A DNA stretch of 64,000 nt from Patescibacteria group bacterium (lineage in GTDB: Bacteria; Patescibacteriota; Patescibacteriia; UBA9934): positions 70,507 to 134,506 of the forward strand of contig JBBTSM010000002.1 of the NCBI GenBank assembly GCA_038064675.1. Reading direction: 5' to 3'. Below are positions 45,784 to 56,323 of the stretch, piece by piece; within the stretch, counting starts at the first letter, position 1, and the number at the start of each line of letters is the position of its first letter. The position numbers and the translations under genes were made by a program. A model generated the notes under the pieces. The model ran no database searches and was not told where the DNA came from. It saw nothing but the letters and a program-made list of their open reading frames with translations.

Positions 45784-47160
45784 ATGGCACAGCCCCCAAA
45801 AATTGCGATCATTGGCCGAACGAACGTTGGAAAGTCTTCGCTGTTTAATCGTATGGTCGAAGAGCAGAAGTCGCTCGTCAGCACCGTCGCTGGCACCACG
45901 CGCGATCGTTTTGAGGCAGATTGTGTTTGGCGCGCCCAGGTGATGCGGTTGGTGGATACTGGAGGACTGAACGTGGAGCGTTCCGATGAGATTGAGAAGA
46001 ACATTGTTGAACAGGCGACGATCGCGATTGAAGAATCCGATCTCATCTTCTTTGTTGTGGACATGATGGTTGGCCCAACGCCGGCAGATTTGGATATTGC
46101 AAAGTTGTTGTTTAAGAAAAAGAAGCCGGTGCTCGTGCTTGGCAATAAGGCAGATACTGCGCCGCTTCGTGCGCGAGCCGATGGTAAGGATTGGTTGTCG
46201 TGGCCATTGCCACGTCCGTTGAGCGTTTCGGCAAAACAGGGAAGCGGTGTTGGTGACGTACTCGACGCTGCGCGCGACATGTTGATTACCATCAACAAAC
46301 CGCTACAGGATATTTCGAAGGTTGCAACGATGCGCGTTGCGGTGCTTGGTGAGCCAAACGTGGGAAAGTCGACGCTGTTGAACGCGATGCTTGGCCAGAA
46401 GCGATTCATTACCGCAAACGTTGCGCACACCACGCGCGAACCAAACGATGCGCCGCTTACGCGAAATGATAAGAACTATCTTTTTATTGACACCGCCGGT
46501 ATTCGTCGGAACGCAACAATCCGCAATGCGGGTGTGCATTTGGAAGCCCAGGGCGTGATGCGCACGATTGAAATTTTGAAGGAAACAGACGTTGCGTTGT
46601 TTGTTCTCGACGTGAAAAAAGGAATCACCGCACACGATAAGCACCTTGCCGGAATGCTTGCCGATGCTGGCGTGAGTGTGATCATCGTCGCGAACAAGTG
46701 GGACTTGGTAGAGGCAAAGGGACCGAACACGATTAACGAAGTCGAGCGCTACATGCGTGGCCTGTTGCCACATTTGAAATACGCGCCGATTGTGTTTGTT
46801 TCCGCATTGCACTCTCAGCGAACGAATGTGCTTTTCGATACCATCGATACCGTGTTCCAAAGCCGATTCGTCCACTTGAGTGATGCAGAGACGAAGGCGT
46901 TTATTTCGCAGGCTATTGTGAAGCACAAGCCAAGCAAGGGAAAGGGCGTGAAACATCCTCGTATTACGAGCTTCCATCAGGCTGGCGTGAATCCGCCAAT
47001 GTTCTTGCTTACCGTGAACCTGTCGCGCGAAGATTCGCTTGCCGATTCCTATCTCCGGTTCATTGAAAACATCATGCGCGAAAAGTATCAGTTCTTGGGA
47101 ACGCCAATTCGTATTCGCGTTTCGGCTACGCGCAAGTCGCACACCACGTATGGCGACTAA
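45784..47160 (+). CDS. der: Ribosome biogenesis GTPase Der
   Basis: Two G domains: GRTNVGKSS/DTGG/NKAD and GEPNVGKST/DTAG/NKWD; GTPIR tail. Confidence 0.97.
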   Translation: MAQPPKIAIIGRTNVGKSSLFNRMVEEQKSLVSTVAGTTRDRFEADCVWRAQVMRLVDTGGLNVERSDEIEKNIVEQATIAIEESDLIFFVVDMMVGPTPADLDIAKLLFKKKKPVLVLGNKADTAPLRARADGKDWLSWPLPRPLSVSAKQGSGVGDVLDAARDMLITINKPLQDISKVATMRVAVLGEPNVGKSTLLNAMLGQKRFITANVAHTTREPNDAPLTRNDKNYLFIDTAGIRRNATIRNAGVHLEAQGVMRTIEILKETDVALFVLDVKKGITAHDKHLAGMLADAGVSVIIVANKWDLVEAKGPNTINEVERYMRGLLPHLKYAPIVFVSALHSQRTNVLFDTIDTVFQSRFVHLSDAETKAFISQAIVKHKPSKGKGVKHPRITSFHQAGVNPPMFLLTVNLSREDSLADSYLRFIENIMREKYQFLGTPIRIRVSATRKSHTTYGD

Positions 47161-47716
47161 CGTCATGCTCATCATTGGCCTCGGTAACCCGGGGAAGGAC
47201 TACGAACGGACGCGGCACAATGCGGGTTTCATGGTGGTGGACGCATTCGCGAAAGCGAAGGGGTTGAGCTGGAAGCACGAACCAACATTGCGATCCACGA
47301 TTGCGGAGGGAAATACCGACGGGCAAAAAGTGTTGTTGATGAAGCCGACAACATTCATGAATGCCTCTGGTGAAGCGGTGCGATTGGTGATGGATCGATT
47401 TCATATCACTGCAGCGTCGACGATCGTTGTTTCTGATGATGTTGCTCTTGCTCTTGGAACTCTTCGAGTACGATCAGAGGGTGGCGCCGGCGGCCACAAT
47501 GGTTTGAAGTCGATCATCCAACACATCGGCTCCCAAACCTTTTGGCGCATCAAAGTTGGCGTGAATTCACCGCCAGAAAACATTTCTCTGGAAACCTACG
47601 TGCTGAACCGATTCATGAAAGAAGAACACGGTGTGATCGACCGCTCCGTCGCAAAGGCCGTCGAGATCCTCTCGACGATTCCAGAGTCACTGAAAACGAC
47701 AACGTATACGGTGTAG
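47150..47716 (+). CDS. pth: Peptidyl-tRNA hydrolase
   Basis: IGLGNPG..Y..TRHNAGF, KPTTFMNASG, GGHNGLKS. Confidence 0.97.
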   Translation: MATNVMLIIGLGNPGKDYERTRHNAGFMVVDAFAKAKGLSWKHEPTLRSTIAEGNTDGQKVLLMKPTTFMNASGEAVRLVMDRFHITAASTIVVSDDVALALGTLRVRSEGGAGGHNGLKSIIQHIGSQTFWRIKVGVNSPPENISLETYVLNRFMKEEHGVIDRSVAKAVEILSTIPESLKTTTYTV

Positions 47717-47780
47717 TTTTGATCTTGCGACGTTCCGGGTTTTTTGATACGATCTGCTCGATTTTGAAAAGAGAAGGGAA

Positions 47781-47905
47781 GATGACGGCGACGGTTGAGT
47801 CGAGTTTGGGTGCGTAGCGAGAAAAGCTTTTGAGACGTACTTCTTGGTACGTTGAAAAAGTTTTCGAAGCTACAAGCCCAAAATCGGCCAACCGGTGCTG
47901 TCATC
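47781..47905. repeat. GTAC-core long palindromic element, copy E (inverted)
   Basis: GAGACGTAC-TTCTTG-GTACGTTGAA core; reverse complement aligns with 14995-15101; ends 3 nt before tRNA-Met. Confidence 0.85.
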
Positions 47906-47908
47906 CCT

Positions 47909-47984
47909 GGCTGGGTAGCTCAGTTGGTAGAGCGCAGGACTCATAAGCCTGTTGTCGCGGGTTCGATTCCCGCCCCAGCTACCA
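47909..47984 (+). tRNA. tRNA-Met(CAT), non-initiator (elongator Met most likely; Ile2 not excluded)
   Basis: GGCTGGG acceptor, CAGGA-CTCATAA-GCCTG, GTTCGAT, CCCAGCTACCA; lacks initiator C1:A72 and triple G-C. Confidence 0.92.
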
Positions 47985-48013
47985 AAAAGAACCGACTCGT
48001 TCGGTTCTTTTTT
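47984..48013 (+). terminator. Terminator after tRNA-Met
   Basis: AAAAAGAACCGA-CTCGT-TCGGTTCTTTTT. Confidence 0.75.
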
Positions 48014-48046
48014 GATTTGTGCTTCTGTGCTATCGTGCTCACTACT

Positions 48047-48661
48047 ATGCTGTTTTCACGCAAAAACGCCGGAACGGAGGAGCACAAGTTCATGAAGTGG
48101 TTTGGGCCAACACTTGGAGCGTTCGCGTTGTTTGTGGTGGAAATCGTGCAAATCGCCGTTTTGGCACTGGCGATCATTTTGCCGGTGCGATACTTCCTTA
48201 TTCAGCCGTTCATCGTGAAGGGCGCTTCCATGGAGCCGAATTTCTACGACAGCGAATATCTTATTATCGACGAATTGACATTTCATTTTCGCAATCCAGA
48301 ACGTGGGGAAATTGTGGTGTTTCGTCCTCCGCAGCATACGGATCAGTACTACATTAAGCGCGTGATTGGGCTTCCGGGGGAGACGGTGGAAATCCGTAAT
48401 GGCGTGATTACCATTTACAACAACGATGTTCCAAATGGCTTTACACTCACAGAGTCCTATATCAGCGAGGTTACCGAGGGCCGGGATCGCCGTACGCTTG
48501 GGCCAGATGAATACTACGTGATGGGCGATAATCGCGACGCGAGTCTGGATTCTCGATACTTTGGCGCGGTTCCACGCGAAAACTTGGTGGGAAGGGTGTG
48601 GGTTCGTGGATTGCCGATTGATCGTGCAATGACGTTTGCTGTTCCAACGTATTCGGAGTAG
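48047..48661 (+). CDS. lepB: Signal peptidase I
   Basis: VKGASMEPNF, RGEIVVF, YIKRVIGLPGE, MGDNRDASLDSRYFG. Confidence 0.96.
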   Translation: MLFSRKNAGTEEHKFMKWFGPTLGAFALFVVEIVQIAVLALAIILPVRYFLIQPFIVKGASMEPNFYDSEYLIIDELTFHFRNPERGEIVVFRPPQHTDQYYIKRVIGLPGETVEIRNGVITIYNNDVPNGFTLTESYISEVTEGRDRRTLGPDEYYVMGDNRDASLDSRYFGAVPRENLVGRVWVRGLPIDRAMTFAVPTYSE

Positions 48662-48677
48662 GATTCGTCTGATTTCA

Positions 48678-48817
48678 TTGAGCGAGATGAGCGATCGGCG
48701 ATGACGCCTTGAGCGAATTGAGCGATGTGATTCCGGATATCGTTGTTCGTTTCTTTACTCGCCCATTTCGCTCAAGCGTAGCGATCGCCCAAGGTGGTAA
48801 CCCACCGGTCGCTCATT
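48678..48817. repeat. TCGCYCAA-unit repeat family, inverted pair (copies 2 and 3)
   Basis: TTGAGCGA units at 48678-48725 facing TCGCYCA units at 48759-48817. Confidence 0.7.
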
Positions 48818-48833
48818 ATTTTCTCACTACACT

Positions 48834-50180
48834 ATGCCAAACGAAAAAGCAGCAGCGCCAGTCGTCGATGCGAAGAAGAAGTCGAAAACTCCTGAGACAC
48901 TTCGTGGATTCCGTGACGTATTAGCCGACGAACAGGCAGCGTGGGAAAAGATCGAGTCTTTGGCGCGAAGCATGACGCAGGCTTACGGCTTTGGTCGCAT
49001 TCGCATGCCAGTGCTGGAACAGACTGCGCTTTTTGAGCGATCCGTTGGGAAGGACACCGATATTGTTGAAAAGGAAATGTTTACGTTCGTTGATCAAGGT
49101 GGTGTGAAGATGACGTTGCGCCCAGAAGGTACTGCACAGGTTGCTCGAGCATACATTGAGCACGGCATGGTGAACCAGTCGCAGCCGGTGAAGCTTTGGT
49201 ATTTTGAGCCATTTTTCCGTCACGAACGACCACAAGCTGGCCGGTATCGTCAGTTCTACCAGTGGGGAATTGAAGCGATTGGATCCGACGATCCTGTCGT
49301 CGATGCGCAGGTGATTCTCATGGCGCAGCGTTTCTGTCGTGACCTTGGTCTTGATGTCATTGTCCAGATCAATTCACTCGGCACGCCAGCATCGCGTAAG
49401 GACTACATTGCCGAACTCGTGAAGTACTTTAAGATTCACAAGAAGGCACTTTCTGAAACAGACTTGAAGCGCCTCACGAAGAATCCATTGCGGCTGCTCG
49501 ATTCAAAGGAGCCAGGAATGGAGGAATTGAAGGCGAACGCACCACAGATTTTTGACTACCTCGACGAGGCGTCAAAGCAGCATTTCATGAAGGTCTTGGA
49601 ATATTTGGACGAGACTGAGGTGCCATATGCGCTGAACCCATGTTTGGTTCGCGGATTGGATTACTACACCAAGACGACATTTGAAATTGTGTTGAACAGC
49701 GCATCGTCGCCTGATCTTGAAGGCCTAGCGCTCGGCGGCGGCGGACGATACGATGGATTGATTCCGATACTTGGCGGCCGCGAGAACACGAGTGCAATGG
49801 GTGCGGCAATGGGAGTGGAGCGCATCGTGCTCGCGATGAAGGCGGCAAATGTGATGCCACCACGTCGCGAGAAGATTGATGTGTTCTTCTGTCAGCTTGG
49901 CGAAGGCGCGCGCCGGAAAGGCCTTGCCGTGTACGAGAAATTCCGCGAAGGCGGCATTATGGTGGGGGAGGCGTTTGGAAAAGGAACGCTCAAGGCCCAG
50001 CTCGAAATTGCGGATAAACTGAAGGCTCCAGTTGCGGTGATTCTCGGCCAGAAAGAAGTGCTCGACGGCACCATTATCATCCGCGACATGGAATCTGGTG
50101 CGCAGGAAATTGTGGACGTGGAAAAGGTGGTAAGCATTATCGCAAAACGTTTGAAGGATGTTGCGGAGAAGGGAATGTAG
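48834..50180 (+). CDS. hisS: Histidine--tRNA ligase
   Basis: LRPEGTA, FRHERPQAGRYRQF, LVRGLDYY, GGGRYDGL. Confidence 0.98.
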   Translation: MPNEKAAAPVVDAKKKSKTPETLRGFRDVLADEQAAWEKIESLARSMTQAYGFGRIRMPVLEQTALFERSVGKDTDIVEKEMFTFVDQGGVKMTLRPEGTAQVARAYIEHGMVNQSQPVKLWYFEPFFRHERPQAGRYRQFYQWGIEAIGSDDPVVDAQVILMAQRFCRDLGLDVIVQINSLGTPASRKDYIAELVKYFKIHKKALSETDLKRLTKNPLRLLDSKEPGMEELKANAPQIFDYLDEASKQHFMKVLEYLDETEVPYALNPCLVRGLDYYTKTTFEIVLNSASSPDLEGLALGGGGRYDGLIPILGGRENTSAMGAAMGVERIVLAMKAANVMPPRREKIDVFFCQLGEGARRKGLAVYEKFREGGIMVGEAFGKGTLKAQLEIADKLKAPVAVILGQKEVLDGTIIIRDMESGAQEIVDVEKVVSIIAKRLKDVAEKGM

Positions 50181-50447
50181 AGACGACCCGTTGGGTCGTC
50201 TCGGATGAAAAAACAATTACGTGGCTGATATTAGCCACGTTTTTGTTTGCACTACCGAGAAAACCTTGACATTTTTGAGAAAAACCCTTAATCTCATCCC
50301 TCCTTTCTCTGGCCCGAATCCTGCGCGAATCCTAGCGATTTTCGTAGCATTAGGCCCGGAGGAAGAGCTTGCTCTTTCCAATGGTTACCGAAACGGCTTT
50401 CGCATCTCGCGACTGTCCGAACCCCTGAATGGAACGGAGTTCCAATC

Positions 50448-52187
<1,740 letters not shown>

Positions 52188-52243
52188 GAGGTTCGGCAGT
52201 CAACGTTCGGAGTTCGGCACACGGTGACCGCACGAACGACGAC

Positions 52244-52287
52244 GAGTCCCCCAGAAGCTTCGGCAGCTGGGGGACTCTTCATATTTA
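52244..52287 (+). terminator. Terminator after MopE-repeat gene
   Basis: GAGTCCCCCAG...CTGGGGGACTC stem. Confidence 0.65.
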
Positions 52288-52373
52288 AGGAACTTTTTGT
52301 GAGCTGCCCGCTGTCTTGCTCATCTTTTTATACTCTGCTATCATCCTCCCATCTCTGAGAGGAGTGAAAAACT

Positions 52374-52625
52374 ATGTCTGATATTGAAGTCAAACGAAAA
52401 AAAGGTGAGAGCTTTGAAGCGGTATTTCGCCGTTTTAGCCGCCGCCAGCAGCAAAGTGGAAAAGTGCTCGACGTTCGCGCCGGCCGCTACTTCGCTCGCA
52501 CGCCAAAGCCAAACAAGGTAAAGAAGAGTAAGCTTCGCAGTCTTGAAAAAGGCGCAAAGCGTGAGTATCTCCTCAAAACCGGAAAGATCAAGGAAGAGGA
52601 TTTGCGTAAGCCAACCCGTCGATAA
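52374..52625 (+). CDS. rpsU: 30S ribosomal protein S21
   Basis: GESFEAVFRRF, RYF..KP, highly basic; classic rpsU-yqeY synteny. Confidence 0.85.
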   Translation: MSDIEVKRKKGESFEAVFRRFSRRQQQSGKVLDVRAGRYFARTPKPNKVKKSKLRSLEKGAKREYLLKTGKIKEEDLRKPTRR

Positions 52626-52694
52626 TATCAAAAACGTCCCCGAGCAATCAGGGACGTTTTTGTTTTCCGCCTTTTAGGCTACAATCGTTTCCAT

Positions 52695-53141
52695 ATGACT
52701 CTCTACGAACAGATCCGTGAGGACATGAAGGCCGCAATGAAGAATAAGGATTCGGCAACGCTCGACACCGTGCGGATGCTTATTTCATCGATTAAAAATA
52801 AGGCGATCGATCTTGGAAAGGAACTTGACGACGCCGATGTGGTTGCGACGATTAAGAGCGATCTTAAAAAACTGAAAGACGGACTCGAATCGTTCGCGTC
52901 TGCTGCTCGTGAGGACTTGGCGGAAAAGGCCAAGGCAGAAATCACAATTCTCGAAAAGTATTTGCCAGCGCAAATGACGGACGGCGAGTTAGAGGAAAAG
53001 GTTCGCGCAAAGCTTGCGGATCTTGGTATCACCGACATGGCATCAGTCGGAAAGGCAATGGGCGCGCTTATGACCGATCTCAAGGAATACGCTGACGGCT
53101 CCCGCATCAAGGCGGCAGTAGATAAAATCCTCAAGAAGTAA
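52695..53141 (+). CDS. GatB/YqeY domain protein
   Basis: DMKAAMK, REDLAEK..AEI.ILEKYLP, VGKAMG, ADG. Confidence 0.94.
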   Translation: MTLYEQIREDMKAAMKNKDSATLDTVRMLISSIKNKAIDLGKELDDADVVATIKSDLKKLKDGLESFASAAREDLAEKAKAEITILEKYLPAQMTDGELEEKVRAKLADLGITDMASVGKAMGALMTDLKEYADGSRIKAAVDKILKK

Positions 53142-53143
53142 TC

Positions 53144-53176
53144 CCTTCAGTCATCCCCGCGCAGGCGGGGATCCAG
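53144..53176. repeat. REP-like palindrome, copy 2
   Basis: 33 bp identical to 2501-2533. Confidence 0.85.
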
Positions 53177-53327
53177 TGATCATCGCAAGCTGGTGGCTCG
53201 GGTGCACATTTCTTCACTGCGCGTAACGATGCTACGCCGTTACGCCTCGCTTCGCTCGGCTACGGCTGTGTATCTGTACTGCTCGTTACGAAACGTGCAC
53301 CGCTCGCCACTGGTGCTTGCGATATCA
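53177..53327. repeat. ~150-bp imperfect hairpin with nested small palindrome
   Basis: ATCGCAAGC/GCTTGCGAT, GTGCAC/GTGCAC, CGTAACGA/TCGTTACG paired segments around GCCGT...ACGGC. Confidence 0.65.
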
Positions 53328-53329
53328 GC

Positions 53330-53380
53330 CTCATTCGCTCAAGGGTAATCCCGATCGCTCAAGCGCAGCGATCGCTCATT
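53330..53380. repeat. TCGCYCAA-unit repeat family, copy 4
   Basis: TTCGCTCAAGGGTAATCCCGATCGCTCAAGCGCAGCGATCGCTCATT. Confidence 0.7.
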
Positions 53381-53387
53381 CCTTCCA

Positions 53388-54482
53388 ATGCCCACCCCGC
53401 AAAAAACCATTCTCGCCGACCTTATCCACTTCCGCGCCAGTGCGCGGGAGGCTTCGGATAGGATGGAGGAGCTCGAGGAGCTCGTCCGAACGTACGGCGG
53501 GGCAGTGGTGGTAAAGAACATCCAGCGAAAGGAAAAGCCGGACGGCCGAACGTTCATCGGAAAGGGAAAGGTTGAGGAAATCCTCGCAGACGCAAAGGCA
53601 CTTGGTGCAACGCTACTCGTCGTCAACCATGTACTTAAGCCAAGTCAGATTTTTCATTTGGAGGAAGAGTTGAAGCCAGCAAAGATGCGCGTGTGGGATA
53701 GGACCGATCTTATTTTGAATATTTTCGATAAGCACGCAAAAACTACGGAAGCGAAACTTGAAATCGAATTAGCTCGTATTCGGCACATGGGGCCGCGCAT
53801 TTACGACATGGGTGAGCAGCTTGGCCGTCAGCGTGGTGGAACGGGGACTCGAGGCGGAAGCGGAGAAGGGAACACTGAGGCAATGAAGCGCCACTTAAAG
53901 GAGCAGGAGCGGGCGATCATGAAGAAATTGGAGACGTATCAGGGCGTTCGCGACCGGCAGCGTGAGCGACGAGACAAGATGCGCCAGCGAACCGTGGCGT
54001 TGGTTGGGTATACGAACGCTGGGAAGACCTCGCTTTTGAACGTACTCACCAAACGCAAAGAACTTGCAGCCAACGTGTTGTTTGCCACGCTCGATACGCG
54101 CGTGGGCACCATGTACCTTCCGGCCATTGACGGAACAGCATTGCTTTCGGACACCATTGGGTTTATTCAGGGGCTTCCTCCTGAGCTTTTGGCATCGTTC
54201 CGTTCAACGCTTTCGGAGGCGATTAGTGCCGATCTTCTTCTTCACGTCATCGATGCGGCAGACGATAAGCGCGAAGAGAAGATTGCGGTCGTGGATGATA
54301 TTTTGAAAAAACTTGGTGTTACCAACACTCCCGTCATTCGTGTGTTCAACAAGATTGATGCGTGGCATCAAGGGTCTTTTCCAATGGAAGACGGAATGAT
54401 CGCGGTTTCCGCAAAAACCGGTGAAGGGCTTGAACACTTGCGCGACGCCATTGCACACATTTTTTCCCCAGCAAAAAAATAA
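53388..54482 (+). CDS. hflX: GTPase HflX
   Basis: FIGKGKVEEI, DRTDLILNIF, VGYTNAGKTSL, LFATLD, SDTIGFI, FRSTL, NKID. Confidence 0.97.
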   Translation: MPTPQKTILADLIHFRASAREASDRMEELEELVRTYGGAVVVKNIQRKEKPDGRTFIGKGKVEEILADAKALGATLLVVNHVLKPSQIFHLEEELKPAKMRVWDRTDLILNIFDKHAKTTEAKLEIELARIRHMGPRIYDMGEQLGRQRGGTGTRGGSGEGNTEAMKRHLKEQERAIMKKLETYQGVRDRQRERRDKMRQRTVALVGYTNAGKTSLLNVLTKRKELAANVLFATLDTRVGTMYLPAIDGTALLSDTIGFIQGLPPELLASFRSTLSEAISADLLLHVIDAADDKREEKIAVVDDILKKLGVTNTPVIRVFNKIDAWHQGSFPMEDGMIAVSAKTGEGLEHLRDAIAHIFSPAKK

Positions 54483-54514
54483 AGGTGTTCATCCGAGTGC
54501 GGTATACTGTGCGC

Positions 54515-56314
54515 ATGATTTCATCCACTGTGCTCAAGGTCCTGAAGCGCGGCGCCATGCTTGCTGCGGTTGGGGTATTCATTGGAGTGCCGTTCCTTGT
54601 TTTCGCTGCAGACGCCAACCTTACGTCGGTTGCGTCTACATCGGGACTAGGAACCGACAGTCTCATGACGATCATCGGACGCGTCATCAACGTTGTTCTG
54701 AGTCTTTTGGGCGTGATCTTTTTGATTCTCTTGGTGTACGCCGGTGCAATTTGGATGACCGCTGGTGGTGATGGGAAAAAGGTGGACAAAGCAAAAGGTA
54801 TCTTAATCAACGCAGTGGTTGGTCTCCTTATCACGATGTCGGCATATGCGATTTCTGTGTTCGTGATTAACCTTCTTTCTGACGCAACGGGTGGAAATGG
54901 TCCGGGAAGTTCATCGGGAGGCCCTGTAGTAGAAACGCTCTCGAACTCTTTGGGATCTGGAGTGATCCGCGATCATTACCCTGCTCGCGGCGCAACGGAC
55001 GTTTCACGAAACACTCGAATGTTCGTGACCTTCCGTGACACCATGGATATTTCCTCTTTTATTACGGGCTACAGCACCAACGGAACACCAGAAGATGTTT
55101 CCGACGACACAGCGGCAACGGCGATCAACAGTACGAATGTCAAAATTTATGTGCGTGCGAATGGCGATTCTACGGCGCTGACCGACGTTGCGGTGTATTT
55201 TACAGAAGACTTAAAAACATTTGTTTTTGATCCGACGGAATATCTCGGATCTTCAACTGAGGACATAACGTACGCCGTGTATTTGAGTGATGCGATTAAG
55301 AACACCGACGGTGATACACCAATCGATTCCGGAGGATATCTCTGGTACTTCACTACGGGAACTACGATCGACATCAGCCCGCCAACTGTGCAATACGTCA
55401 TGCCAACCGACGGAACCACCAAAGATCGGAACATTGTCGTCCAAGCTATTTTTAGTGAAGCGATCGACCCAACATCCTCAACAGGAACGCGTTTGGCGGA
55501 CAGCGGGTTCTCGAATATTCAAATCATTGGAACATCCTCTACTGCACCAGTTGCTGGTGAATATGTTGTGAGCAACTCCTACAAAACCATCACGTTCACT
55601 TCCACCGATGCGTGCGGAACGAATTCGTGTGGTGAAACGATCTACTGCTTGCCTGGCGGTGAATCTATTACCTCCACCATTTACTCTGCAACACCAACGA
55701 GCACAACGGATCCTACGGCATCAATCTTCCCATACGACGGTATCGTAGACACATCCGGTAATTCGCTCGATGGAAATAGCGATGGATCTGTTGGAACAGA
55801 TGACGACTACGTTTGGGGCTTCACCACGACGAATGACATCAATCTTGACGCACCAGCAATCGAAAGCATCACTCCAAACATTGAGGAAGAGAATGTTGCA
55901 CTGGACCAGTCCATTCAAATCACGTTCGACTCGATTATCGACTCATCAACTGCGAGCTCGTCAAACATCCAGACGCTCAACAAAGAAATGTCGAGCACAA
56001 CGAGTCATGAGATGTGGTACTCATTCGGCGTGACGTCGCTTACAGCGGAAGGAGATGCTGTGCTTGTTGATTCGCAGGTTCCAGCGAAGTCGCTCGTCAC
56101 GATCTCTCACGGAACATTCTTAGCATCGGATCCAACGGTTCCGCTCTCGTACATGTACAGCGTGACAGCGAATCAAGGCGTGCGAAATGAGTATCAGAAC
56201 TGTTTTGTGCCTGGAGAAGGTCCTGATGCGATTGGCGGTACGTGTGGAACGACAACCGCAGTTCCGTACTGCTGCAATGGTGTTGCACAGACCACTGCCT
56301 GTGCGCTCTTCTAA
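54515..56314 (+). CDS. CPR pilin-like (TrbC/VirB2-like) domain fused to three Ig-like (Big_5-type) domains
   Basis: YAGAIWMTAGGD..KVDKAK.ILINAVVGL; YP..GAT.V.RN...VTF and W.FTT repeats. Confidence 0.85.
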   Translation: MISSTVLKVLKRGAMLAAVGVFIGVPFLVFAADANLTSVASTSGLGTDSLMTIIGRVINVVLSLLGVIFLILLVYAGAIWMTAGGDGKKVDKAKGILINAVVGLLITMSAYAISVFVINLLSDATGGNGPGSSSGGPVVETLSNSLGSGVIRDHYPARGATDVSRNTRMFVTFRDTMDISSFITGYSTNGTPEDVSDDTAATAINSTNVKIYVRANGDSTALTDVAVYFTEDLKTFVFDPTEYLGSSTEDITYAVYLSDAIKNTDGDTPIDSGGYLWYFTTGTTIDISPPTVQYVMPTDGTTKDRNIVVQAIFSEAIDPTSSTGTRLADSGFSNIQIIGTSSTAPVAGEYVVSNSYKTITFTSTDACGTNSCGETIYCLPGGESITSTIYSATPTSTTDPTASIFPYDGIVDTSGNSLDGNSDGSVGTDDDYVWGFTTTNDINLDAPAIESITPNIEEENVALDQSIQITFDSIIDSSTASSSNIQTLNKEMSSTTSHEMWYSFGVTSLTAEGDAVLVDSQVPAKSLVTISHGTFLASDPTVPLSYMYSVTANQGVRNEYQNCFVPGEGPDAIGGTCGTTTAVPYCCNGVAQTTACALF

Positions 56315-56323
56315 TTTGATTTT

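Noticed and set aside
14995-47905. GTAC-core hairpins as integron attC sites
   Set aside because: No consistent RYYYAAC...GTTRRRY ends, they do not follow cassette ORFs, and no integrase is in the window
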